The position numbers were made by a program, and so were the translations under genes. A stretch of 64,000 bases of DNA from the human T2T-CHM13v2.0 reference genome, Homo sapiens, in the NCBI RefSeq assembly GCF_009914755.1, contig NC_060926.1. One strand, 5' to 3'. Shown here piece by piece: positions 26,908-38,770 of the stretch; the first letter of the stretch is position 1; each line of letters begins with the position of its first letter. The notes under the pieces are model-generated. The model was not told the DNA's origin and searched no databases. It saw only the letters and a list, made by a program, of their open reading frames with translations.

Positions 26908-29416
26908 GAATGCGACCTACTTGAACCAGCTCAGGGAATTGTCTTATTAGCAGGCGTAGGGACATGGAATTGAGAGCCAAGGAATTGCTAAACATTGTCT
27001 GTTATCTTGGAAGCTCTTTTGTAAAAGAGGCTTCTGCTATTGCAATACCCTTGTTTTTGTCCAGATTCTTTTTGTCTGGACCTCAAGTAAATGTCAGTGG
27101 TCAGCTTCTATCCCCGTGTCTGCAGTTGGTGCCATGTTTAATAAATCATCATGGATTGTAGAGGGTGCGTTGTCAGTATAGCTGCCTTTGGGGCACATAA
27201 TATTGGAAGATGGCTAGGTTTTACTTCTGAGGACAAAGGTGCAGGGAGCAAGGGATGCATGGTAGAGAGCATGTAGACCAGGTCATTCAATCATGCTGGT
27301 ATCATGGTTGAAGGAGGCATCAAGGACAGAAAACAAGAAGTTTAAAAACAGTTTCTGTTAAGAAGAAGCAATCCTGTCAGAATCTTTCCTAGTGGCCTTA
27401 GTGTTCAAAAACCTGAAAAATTTGTATTACATCTCATTGCTAGTACTGCGAATCTGGGACCATTTATTAAGATCCCCAAACCCCAGAGCTTCTGATCAGT
27501 GCAGCCCCTACCTGCTATTAACTGCTTTTACAGGAAGAAATCGTGGAGAGTACAATAGGCCACTTCTAGCTGACTGCCTCTTACCTTACCTTGTTCCTTT
27601 ACCTTGTCCAACACTGTGTCTCCAAGTTGCGTCCTTAATGAGGTCATTTGCTCTGCATACATTGTGAGATTATGTCTTAGAGTATTACATTTTCTGCTTT
27701 CTGAGCTATGCTTGAGAGGACAACCTCTTCAACTGTGGAAAGAATTTGCCATTTAATAGAGGAGGGCCTTTATAGCTTGTCACAGCTTTCAGTCACAGAT
27801 CCAGTTTTTGATTCTGTCACAGTGGCACATGAGAGCAGGAACATTTTGCATAACCACTTAACTCAGCGTTACAATAGCCTCTTAAATGGATGAGGAGCAG
27901 CTTAAGCTGGCTTGATGGGAAAGAACACTGTCTGTTGGTGTTAATAATATTCGTATTTAGTTTGCATAACTTAGATCCACAATAATATCTTAATCTTAGT
28001 TTTGCTCCAAAATTGCCTTTCTACTATCACTATCCCATATAAATAATGTATAGCAACATTGATTTGATTGTAACCCTTTCATATTTTATTAAAATTTTTT
28101 TCTGTAAACATATATTGAGCACCCCCTCTGTGTCAGGAAATACACAAGTGCTGCATATCTAGAGGTCCACTGGACAAAAAATAATGGGTGAGGATTTTCA
28201 GAATTGTAAAAGCACATGAGACCTCATGTTGAAAAACACAGCACATCTTAGCAGGTTAAATAAATCTGCAACTAGCTACAGTGATTGTGGTATAAAGACA
28301 GTATGTCCAAAATAAAGAGAAAATCTTTGAAAACTGAAGAAAAAGACAGATTGCCTACAGAGGAATGACTTTCCAACTGACAGTACATTTATTATCAGCA
28401 GCAGTAGATCCTATACCTGTCATCAAAATAGGATGCTGAAATAAAAACCTTTTAGGACATACAGAGACTAGGATAATTTTTTACTCTCAAATATTAACTG
28501 AAAGAACTATGAAACATTGTATTTTGGCAAGGAGGAAACTGAACCCAGAAATAGGTTGCACCATTACAGAAGCAATGACACAACAAGGAATTTGGACAAT
28601 AAGTTAATGAACTTGAGTAATCAGAATAAATGGCTTCCTCTGTGCCGCCATGATTTGAGTACTAGCAAGATGTTTTCCAGTTAAATACAGAATTACTTTG
28701 GTTTGGTGCTGATGTCTGAAATTCTTGTTTGTGATGAATTATTCACCTCAATCAAGGGTTTTTAAGAAGGGGTCCATGGATGGAGTTCAAGGTATCTATG
28801 AACATCCTAAAATTACAGGTAACGCACTTTGTGTATACACAGTTTTTCTGAAGACAGGCTTGTTGGCTCTCATCAGGCGCTTAAAGGTACTTGGAATTTG
28901 AATTAGTTTAAGAACTACTGGATTAAGTTATTGTTCCTTATTAAAGTGAAATTACATCAATACTTACCTTGCTCTCAAGTTGAGATACATGATCTGAATT
29001 TGAATCGTGACGTTATTGGTTACCTTGCAGAATCACTGTGACCCTGGAAAAATTATTTTTCTTCTCATTGTAGTCTGAGTGTGCATTGTATGATCTGTGT
29101 AGCTAAAGGCAGCAGTGGTGTGCCTGGCCCCTGTGACTGTATGTCAGTATCACAGTCAGTATTTGATTATAGTTACGATTTTTCTAAAGAGAGTCACTAT
29201 TAAGCTAACAGAAGAAATAAAGCTTTTAAGTTACCAATTTTAGGATATAATAATATATTTATTGTTTTGTTAATTGAACATATATTTTGTGTAATACACT
29301 GTCCAAGCGTATGTAGTGGGGTGGACAGGGGGAGGCTGTGTTCAGTCATTATCTATACCAGTGAGATTTCCTGCTAAAACAAGTATTAACTGGTGACCAT
29401 GTGCAACTTGTATTTT

Positions 29417-30558
29417 CCCCCCAGCTTTATTGAGGCATCACTGACAAATAAATGTTGTATATGTTTAAGGTGTATAATGTGATCTTTTGTTGTACATACA
29501 CATTGTGGAGTGAGTACCATGACCAAGCTAATTAATATATCTGTTACTTCAAGTAGTTAGCATTTTTGTGTGTATGGTGAGAACACTCAAGATGTACTCT
29601 CCTAGTAAATTTCAAGTGTACAATGTAATGTATTATTATTAACTCTACTCACCATGCTGTATATTAGCTCTCTTACTTATTCATCGTATAACTGAAAGTT
29701 TGTAGCCTTTGATCAACATCCCCCTATTTCTCCCATCCCTAGTTCCTGGCAACCACTGTTCTACTGTTTCTATGAGTTTGACTTCTTTAGAGTCCACATA
29801 TGAGTGAGATCATACAGTATTTGTCTTTTTGTATCTGGCTTATTTCATTTAGGAAAATGCCATCTAGATTTGTCCGTGTTGTCTTAAATGGCAGGATTTC
29901 CTTATTTTTTAAGGCTGAATAATAAAAATTCCATTGTGTGTGTATGCGTGTGTGTGTATACATACCACATTTTCTTTATCGGTTGATGTACACTTAGGTT
30001 GTTTTCTTATCTTGGCTATTGTGAATAATGATGTAATGAATATGGGAGTGCAGATATCTCTTTGAAATACTAATTTCAGTTCCTTTGGGTATATATGCAG
30101 AAGTAGAATTGCTGGATCATATGGTATTTCTATTTTTAGATTTTGTAAGGAACCTCTGTATTGTTTTCTATAATAGCTGAACCAATTTACATTCCCACCA
30201 ACAATGTATCAGTGTTGCCTTTACATCCTTGCCCACACTTGTTGTATCATTTGATTTTTTATAGTAGTCATCCTCACACATGTGAGGTGATATCTCATTG
30301 TGGTTTTGATTTGCATTTCCCTGATGATTAGTGATGTTGAGCAGCTTTTCATGTACCTGTTGCCCATTCATATCAAAGGAAATAGCAAAATGAAAAGGCA
30401 TCCAGCAGAACGGAGACTATATTTGCAAACCATATATCTAATAGGGGACTAATATCCAAAATATGTAAAGAACTATAGCTCATTGGCAATAAATGACCCA
30501 ATTGAAAAATGAGTAAAGCACTTGACTAGACATTTTTCTAAAAGAGACATACAAATGT
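29417..30558 (-). mobile_element. L1MA (MA8/9-like) 5'-truncated insertion with 5' inversion (30371-30557 on +)
   Basis: cagctttattgagg... L1MA 3' end on minus; the inverted part is the adjacent upstream ORF2 segment; TSD aacttgt(g)atttt at 29405-29416 / 30559-30571. Confidence 0.85.
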
Positions 30559-31897
30559 AACTTGTGATTTTTTTAATACAGTGTATTTTAGATACATGTA
30601 TTTTATGTGTAATTGAAATTCCACTCTTCCTCTCATCTGATAGTTACGTACTGAGTGCTAGTGTCAGGCCGTTTACTGTAGTTGCTGTGGTCATGGATGT
30701 AGAGTTGGTGGTGGTCCTGTCCCAGAAGGAATTACTCTGAATAGGATAGAGGGTGGTAGGTCATAACCAAATCCCCAGTCCTAGCCTAAGACCTAGTAAG
30801 GTCAACAGGAAGTTGTTCCTAGTTGCAGGATTGTCCCTGAATGCTGCTTCGGATGGCATCTTCCACGTGGAGCTAAGAACAGAATGAAGCCACAGGCTTA
30901 TTCAGAGACCACAAGCTTCACAACTTCTGTTTAACACATCTAATTATGATTGTAACAATACTGTCTGGTTTTGATGCTGTTACGTTTGAAGGTAGATCCC
31001 AGCCACTGATCAGAGCATTCAGATGGATCATCTTCCCCCAAAGCCCAGGGCTTCTTTCTGTCTCCACAGCACCCCCAGCTCAGGGGTAAAGTGCCCTAAC
31101 CCTAGGACTGGTGAGAACCACCTTCCCAGTTCAGTTTTCTCCCTGTCTGCAGGTCCATCTATCTTCTCGCTCAGGATGTGGGTATCTCTTAGAGGGTGAA
31201 GGGAAGTGATTTGTCAAATGGTTACCAAGGGCATGGAGAAAGTTAATTTACCTCTTAAAATGACTTTTATATTCCTTTTACATTGGTGAAATTCATTCTC
31301 CTGTTTTTTTATGTGTGTGATGTTGAGAGATTCTCAGTTTTGATTGAATAAGATCATAATCTCATTTTTATTTTAAAATTGAACACTTTTATAAAGCTTA
31401 AATGAAACAAGACCAGTTAAATTTTTGAGATGGAACTTTTGTGGAAAATGCTGAATGTTGGAGGATGACGCAATGAGTTCTCCGGACTGCCAGCCTCCCT
31501 TCCCTAGATATTTGAAATTATATTAGGGCAATTAGATTATAACTCAAACTTCTGAAAACCATTTAGAGATAGATAAGAAATTCATTTCACTGTATTGTAC
31601 TCTAAATTGTAAATGAGATTCAAGATTAATTGTTTAATAGGTTGAAGTTTTAAATTGAAACTTCCTTCTATGTTATTTTATATCATATATGCTTCACCAT
31701 GAAGGTTGATTTGAAACCAGAGTTTCAGAAATACCAATATTATTATATTCTTTTCATCTAAATTGAAGTTATTATTATTTTTTTAACTGGTCCTGGCCAC
31801 TTCTTTGTATCTCTCAAACTGCCACTTTCTTTGTCATTTTTACAACTATTAATAGGTGGCCGATTGTACTGAGCCTGAGCATAGAATAAAATAAGTA

Positions 31898-32236
31898 CAG
31901 TGGTCCCCCTTATCTGTGATTTTGCCTTCTGCATTTTTAGTTAGCCCCAGTCAACCTTGATCCAAAAACATTAAATGGAAAATTCCAGAAATAAGCCATT
32001 TATAAGTTTTAAATTTCACACTGCTCTGCATAGCATGGTGAAATCTCACCCCGTCTCACCCAGGACGTGAATCATCTCTTTGCCCCGTGTGTCCATGCTG
32101 TCTCTGCTACCCACCCGTGAGTCACTTAGTAGCTGTTATGATTATGAGATGAGAAAAGCATAGTATATATAAGGTTCAGTACTATCTGTGGTTTCAGCCA
32201 TCCAGTTGGGGGTCTGCAGATAATGGGGGGTGACTA
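31898..32236. mobile_element. Tigger7/MER44A-like MITE
   Basis: TA-cagtggtcccccttatctg...aaatggaaaattccagaaataa...cagataatggggggtgacta-TA. Confidence 0.8.
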
Positions 32237-32340
32237 TAGAATTTCTTAGCTTGGCTGGGGAGCTAAAAGCATAGTTCCTACTATTCTTGCCAGAAAATGG
32301 GAAAAAATGTTCAATCCCATAATTTTATTATATGAAGTAG

Positions 32341-33148
32341 TGACACGGACAGGAGGCAGAAACAGTGGGTAGAAGAGGGCGGTTCCCAGCAAAGGCCCCA
32401 CCCTCAAGCCTGGAAACCCACAGCCCTAAATGGGAACAGGCATTCCTGTTTTTGCATCCAAAAGCTGCCTATTGGCCCACCACACCCCCCTCTCCTGTAT
32501 CCATATAAACCTGAGACCCCAGGCTCCAGAAGGAGACAAGGAGATGAACAGAAGAGCAGAAGAATAGCAGAACGGCGCAACAGAGAGAAGGAGCATCTGA
32601 ATGCTAAGAGGGAGTTTACCTGGACATGATCGGAGAGGAGATATGTCACTGGACAGCCAAACTCCAGGGGAAGACCATCTTCCCACTCCATCCTTCTTCC
32701 ACCTCCCCATCCATCCCACTGGGAGCCACCTCCATCACCCAATAAAAGCCCCACATTCATCCTTCAAGTCCACGTGTGATCTGATTTTTCCTGGATGCCA
32801 GAGAAGAAACAGGGAAACAGAAAACTTTCACACTGGCCCTCTGCCTTTGTGGAAAGGCAGAGGGTTCACTGAGCTGTCTAACCCTTAAGCTGCCTGTGGA
32901 CCGCAAGGTTAAAAGAGCGCACTGTAACACACACCCACTTGGGTTTCAGGAGTCGCAGATACACACCCCTGGACGTTGCCGTGAGGCTGAAGCCTAGGGG
33001 CACTCATCCCAGCTCCTGCACCTGCCCATCTGTGTGCTCCCCTTCCCGTAAGGGGTTTAAGCATGCACGGTCACCAAACAGACAAGTTACACCACTGTGG
33101 CACATCCTGCAAGCGGGGGGGGAGGGGGGTCAGGGAACTCCTGTTTCA
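32341..33148 (+). mobile_element. ERV1 solo LTR (MER50-like), 808 bp
   Basis: TG...CA termini with perfect 4-bp TSD gtag (32337-32340 / 33149-33152); ATTGG 32471-32475, TATAAA 32504-32509, AATAAA 32741-32746. Confidence 0.85.
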
Positions 33149-33194
33149 GTAGATATATCTGATGAAAATAATGCTCTCCTGAGGGGATGATCGT

Positions 33195-33275
33195 GTATGT
33201 GGTGTGTGTGCGTGTCTGTGTGTGTGTGCACGCGCATGCATGTGCCATGACTTTTAGCACGTGTGCATGTATGTG
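33195..33275. repeat. Imperfect (TG)n/(CA)/(CG) alternating purine-pyrimidine tract
   Basis: gtgtgtgcgtgtctgtgtgtgtgtgcacgcgcatgcatgtg. Confidence 0.8.
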
Positions 33276-33659
33276 AGGGCTTGTCTGGGCAATAGTGTCA
33301 TTTAGTCAGCTAATGGGAACAAGCATCAATGCTGTTCTCTTTACAAGGCTCCTGTTTGTCTCTTTCTTTCAAGTGTTCCTCATTGCATGTTCTTTTCCTG
33401 AGAGCCAGCGAGTCTTTTCATAGCTTGGAGACAAAGAAAATTACTCAGAACCATCTTGCTTGTGGTGTTTCAGGGAATCTCCCCTAGGCTGCTGCCATAG
33501 TAGGCGAAATGTATTGGTTTTGACTCTGAGTCTCGTGTAGGTTACCAAATGGCGGATTCTTAGCTCTGTGATTGCCGTGGCTCAGCAAGCACCCTGAGCT
33601 GAACATCTAGTGGTTTTAACTTACCTCCTGTTGGTTTTGGTGAAACGGTCCTGGCACAC

Positions 33660-34460
33660 TTGAGCCATTTACTCAACATATCCTTGAGTGCCTCTCATGT
33701 GCCTGGCCCTGTCCTGGGTGTTTGGAATACATATGTAAAAGCCACATAAAGGCTATGTTCTTGGAGTCTCCATCAGGCTCTTTCATAACTTTCAGTTTCC
33801 CACCTTCTGGAATGAGAGGTCACTATTCCAGGCTGTGGGAATGCGTTCATTTGCTTGGCTTTTTTTTTTTTTAAGCTTCTAATTTTGTATAATGTATGAA
33901 TGAGACACCATTGCTGCCCTCAGGGAGTTTGTGTGTGACAGAGAGAGACGGACAGGCAGGCAGACGTGTAAGTACTGTGCCACCAGCAGACTGGCTTCGT
34001 GCCAGAATAAGGTAGGAGCCTCAGCTCTGAGGGGAGGCAGGAGAAGGAAAGAACGGCTCTTCAACTGGGGTGGCATTTTTTGACAGAGGTGCTGTTTGGC
34101 TTAGCCTATGGTCAGAGAGTGCTTGGGGGATGTGACAGTGGGGCATGTGGGAATGGAGGTAGTAGACGATGAGGTCTCCACCCTCTGACTTTGCAGAGAT
34201 GGGCAAGGCCAAGTGTTGGAAGGGCTTAAACACACACCGGAGTATTCTGTGAGAACCAGTGGATTTCAGAGGATGGCAATGACACCACTTGCCTTCTGCC
34301 TCAGGAGGATAACTGATGGCCGTGTGTGGGATGCACTGGAGAGCAAGAGCTGGCTTGCAGGGAGACCAGCTGGATGATTTTCTTTCATTTATTTTATTCA
34401 TTCAACACACATTCATCTGGGGTTCACTCTGTGCCCAACACTGGGCATTTCCAAATAGTC
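33660..34460 (-). mobile_element. L2 fragments
   Basis: catttactcaacatatccttgagtgcctctcatgtgcctggccctgtcctggg and attcattcaacacacattcatctggggttcactctgtgccc. Confidence 0.6.
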
Positions 34461-35491
34461 CAGATGGCAGTAAGCATGGTTGTGGCAGTAGGAATGGGAA
34501 GGCTGGGAGGGGTATGAGAGGCATTACAAACGGGAAGTGGGAGTGGCACCCCAGAAAAGTCTAGTTTAAGGTGCTAGTGGATGTGTGCATGTGTGCGCGG
34601 GGGTGTCTAGAGGGTGGCGGGCAGCTGGAAATTGAGGTCAAGTGCTTAAAGAACAACTCGTTGTGTAGGACCCCCCCCTTTGTGGTAACAGCAGAGGTTT
34701 TTGAGAATCGCCAGTAATTTCTTAAACTCAGGCTGGTTGGGAGGTCATTCAGCCAGGGAACTCCACAAAGAGTGTTGCCACTTGGGTCAAAGTAGACCTC
34801 TGAAAATAAATCTTACAAGTAATTGCCGGTTTTAGATGCCAGTTTAAGAAGAGTTAAACCACTGTCATGCCCTAACGCAAACACTTTCATGCCCTAACTC
34901 ATCTTTCAAGTTTGAAATTTAAATGTATGTTTCTTTGTTCTGAGTGACTGAAACATACACATGAAGACAACTTTGGTGGATGCAGGTGGGCATCTCAGTT
35001 CCTTTTGCTGAGTTTCACTTGCTCTCTGCTTCACTCATCCATGGTGTAGAAAACTGCAGCAGTCTGCCCTGCCATAACACAGATAGACATCATCCCTCAC
35101 AATGGCTGGATAATTCCAGATTTAATGCCAAACAGAGAAAACTGATTTTATTTATGTTTTGTGATAAGAGGTACAGAAAAAAAACGGAAAGCGATGTAAT
35201 GACTTGTCTTGACCAAATGCTTCCACTGCTCTGGAGGAGACAACCCACTTCCCCTGGTTAAGGAGGGGTGTTGCGTTTTAAACATGTGGTGGTTGTTATT
35301 CATTGTACTTTTTTTTAAGGTAGGAGATGTTGTTCTTTGGACTGAGTTAAATGCTGCTTAGCATAAAAGACTTGATGTGGAACAAAGCCTGCAGACTGTG
35401 ACTATTTGACATGCACTGGGCTAATGAGAAGACAGAATGTCTCTAATCAGCAGCAGAACAAACACTCACAAAGGGTCTCCTTCCCTCCTAG

Positions 35492-35580
35492 GACTTCCTT
35501 CGCTGGGCATCTGGCTGGGATTCTTGTTGGACTAATGTACACTCAAGGGCCTCTGAAGAAAATCATGGAAGCATGTGCAG
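35492..35580 (+). CDS. RHBDD1: RHBDD1/RHBDL4 internal coding exon (89 nt): (G)TSFAGHLAGILVGLMYTQGPLKKIMEACA(G); last rhomboid TM helix with catalytic His (CAT 35508-35510)
   Basis: Pyrimidine tract ending cctag (AG 35490-35491); donor CAG|gtacag at 35581. The rhomboid AGHLAG motif and the peptide match human RHBDL4 as I recall it. Phases join in frame with the next two exons. Confidence 0.97.
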
Positions 35581-37279
35581 GTACAGAATAAAACACCTTT
35601 GGCATGACAACAGCTTGGAAGTTCATGTTAATTTTAATGTGAACAGAAGCAACCCCAAGTTTCCCTGTGGTTCAGCTCAAGAATTCCCTAATATGCCTGT
35701 TTTTCTTTTTAAACCGAAAGGTAAAACAACCAGTGCAGTTCCTTACATTGCTCCACAAAAGAGGCTGCAAACTTAAATTTCGAATCTGATACTTTCTTAG
35801 GGGACAAATATCAGTATATATTTATACCCTCAACCTTAATGCTACCCGCAGAAAACCACGATTTCCTAAAGAATGCAGAGAACTAAAGTGCCTTTAAAAT
35901 AATGCATTCTTCTATAATAGTCCATGAATTAATATACGTGCAAGGCAAAGGTGAAAAAGAAAACAAAGCCTGGACTGAAGTGCATGGCCAGTATTTTAAA
36001 GAATTCAGACTGATGACCGGGTCCTTGGTGGATGAGCCATATATTCATGCATGGCGAAACCAAGTCTGTTATTGCTTGAAGCTTAGCTCCTGCTTTTTTT
36101 AATTTTGTTTTTCCCTTCAAATTGATACTCAATGAAAATATTTCATTTAGAAATACTTGTATTTTTTAGACCTCTTAATTTTCAATGCGATTCTCATTTT
36201 GACTTGTAAGAAAACTGGTTTGCAAACACTTGTTTTATAGACTGAGTTCCACTATTTCATCTTTTATTCATGGGAAGTCTTCTGAGACTATTTTACCTTT
36301 TCTTGAACCATAAATAATTTGTTTCACAGTTTGTGCTGATGACTGGTATTCTTGAGAACCATATAATATTCATGATAGTAGAAAGCTTTCCAGGCACTGC
36401 ACTGGCACCTTTATTAGCAGGTCGTGTTCACTTTTGGTTGATTTTTACAGGCTGTGTTGCATTTAAGCAGATCCTCATTTTCCCACGTTTGCTTATTAAT
36501 GTGTTTCCACTGTACGTACTTAGAGGAGGCAGTGGGAGCTTCATTTATTGAAAATGTCCAGTTTTATTGTATTTTCAATACAATTTAATACTCATTAGTA
36601 CTGATAAAAGAGATGATTCTCGGGAGTTTAATGTCTTGTTTCTTTTTTCTGTGTCTCATGATGAAGCGGTTAGTAAAGCTTTTTGCAGACATGTTATGAA
36701 ATTTAAGCAAGTGCTTTGTTTAATTTTTAAAGAGGATTTTCCCCTAATTATAATATTTAAACTCTTAGTTTTAAAAGCCTTAAAAAATAAGTGGAGACTT
36801 ATTTCTACACCACTCCATTTTCAAAGTAATAAATACAATAGCAAATTAAATAGGAAAATTAGAACACTCAGTGCAATTTGCAAATAGCCTGCGAACTCGG
36901 CCTTTTTTCTGTGAGCTGAGAATTGAAGGACACAGGAACCCCATGGAAAACGACCCAGCATGTGGAAGCTGCTGTCTGATGCCTCCTGGAAGAGGAGGGT
37001 CACCCTGAGGGTGTGGCCCTTGGCCCTCCCTCTCTCATTTCATTCAGCCGTGCCAAATTGACTGAGTAGACAGTCCTACTGCCTTCTGTAGGGACAAGAA
37101 AGAGTGAAGTCCCCTAGGAAGGGTAGGGAGGATGGCTCTCCTAACACCTTCTTTGAGGAAGGTTCTCCATTTAGCCAGAGTGTCTCTGCTTGTACAGAGA
37201 CATCAAAGCCGAGGCTTGGTACTTTGGCAGGCAAAGACTAAGGAACTTCAGTGAGTGTAAATTAGGGTTTCATTTTCCA

Positions 37280-37281
<2 letters not shown>

Positions 37282-37321
<40 letters not shown>

Positions 37322-37349
37322 TCTTTTCCCTGTAGGGACACACACACAC
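37282..37349. repeat. (CA)19 microsatellite plus a short duplicated (CA)n module
   Basis: Perfect CA run 37283-37320; second short run at 37338-37349. Confidence 0.95.
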
Positions 37350-37520
37350 TCTTTTCCAGTTAGGGCTGGCCCCCAAACAAAAGGGAGTTTATTTTAATAA
37401 GTGTTTAGAAATCATTTGAAATGACCTTGGGCTTTGTCCAGAGAACTTTCTAATTACTGGAACAATTAGCATTTAAAGCTTTATGGCTGCCATTAAAATG
37501 TTTATTTCTTTTACGTTTAG

Positions 37521-37577
37521 GCGGTTTTTCCTCCAGTGTTGGTTACCCAGGACGGCAATACTACTTTAATAGTTCAG
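37521..37577 (+). CDS. RHBDD1: RHBDD1 internal coding exon (57 nt): (G)GFSSSVGYPGRQYYFNSS(G)
   Basis: Acceptor tttcttttacgtttag, donor CAG|gtaggc; phase 1-1; in frame with both neighbouring exons. Too short to appear in the ORF track. Confidence 0.95.
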
Positions 37578-38205
37578 GTAGGCACTGTATTTCATTTAAT
37601 AAATTTTAACTTATTTTTAAAATTATAGTGTTCAGCTCTACAGAGTACTTTAGGATACTACTAGTTTCTGCTGTGGTAGGGTCATTCACATGTTGTGTAA
37701 CTGTGCCTCTAACACACCTGGAAGCTAGATGGAGGGTAGCCTAGGGAGCATATTTGTGGGGGTTGGTAGGGAAGGCCAGGGAAGGAGGTAACTCAGGCAT
37801 GAAAACATGGTATGATTGGTATGAGGTCTCTCATGTGTGATAAGATTCATATTAGACCTTGGTTCTTTAAGTCTCAGTCTGAGACTCTACTGCTGGGAAA
37901 GTGTTAAAAGTTGGTTTTAGGTGTATAGTTCTCCATGGCCCATCCTGTGTATATTCAGGAACCCTTGCATACCGTCAGATGCTAAAATAGGCATGCCTCT
38001 AACAAATGCCATGTGACTTAATGAGGAAGAATGTATTTTTCTAAGTATCTGTGTAAATAGATAGAAAAGACTTCCTGTTAAAAGCGTAAGACCTATTTTA
38101 GGCTAAAGCCTTTGCATTCCAGACTGGGGTGGCTACACGGTAGTATTTTAGATCAGGCCCAGCAGCCAGGTGTTAGCCATGGCCATTGGAACACTCATGT
38201 CTTAA

Positions 38206-38551
38206 TGCAGTGAACTGAATGTGCCCGTCCCCAAATTCATACGTTGAAACCCTAACCCCTAATGTGATGATTTTAGTAGGGTAGGAGTTTGGGGAAAAAA
38301 TTAGGTCATGAGGGTAGGGCCCTCATGAATGGGATTAATGTCCCTATAAAAGCGACCTCAGAGAGCTCTCTAGCTTCCTCACTGCCACATGAGGATACAA
38401 GAAGTCAGCAGTCTGCAACCTGGAAGAGGGTCGTCACCAGAACTGACCACACTGGCATCGCAAGCTTCCAGCCTCCAGATTGTGACAAATTTCTATTGCT
38501 TAAGCCAGCCAGTCTATGGCTGTTTGTTATAGCATCCCAAATGGACTAAGA
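38206..38551 (+). mobile_element. MaLR LTR (MLT1A0/MSTD-like)
   Basis: tgaactgaatgtgcccgtccccaaattcatacgttgaaaccctaacccctaatgtgatg...atagcatcccaaatggactaaga. Confidence 0.8.
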
Positions 38552-38596
38552 TGTGTTTCTGTTTATATTAATTGAGGACCACTATAGCTTAAAGCT

Positions 38597-38770
38597 GAGA
38601 CTAGCAGCCTTTTCTTTAAAGGACCGGACAGATAATATTTCAGGCATCAAGGGCTTTATTGGCCATATAATCTCTGCTGGAACTAACCTGTCCTTGTAGC
38701 ATGAAAGCTGCCAGAGACAATATGTAAACAAGTGGGTATAGGTGTGTTCCAATAGAATCTTATTCCTAGC
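38597..38770. mobile_element. MER58A-like hAT MITE (partial)
   Basis: tgtagcatgaaagctgccagagacaatatgtaaacaagtggg...gtgttccaatagaatctttatt. Confidence 0.7.

Noticed and set aside
32404-33190. Cluster of overlapping 83-118-aa ORFs on both strands
   Set aside because: They lie within a GC-richer solo LTR where stops are rarer; no recognisable domain.
34866-34902. Repeated tcatgccctaac motif (telomere-like CCCTAA)
   Set aside because: Only two copies; a local duplication, not an interstitial telomeric array.
35406-35491. N-terminal part of ORF-track entry 35406..35591
   Set aside because: Intronic sequence upstream of the AG acceptor; only 35492-35580 is RHBDD1 coding.
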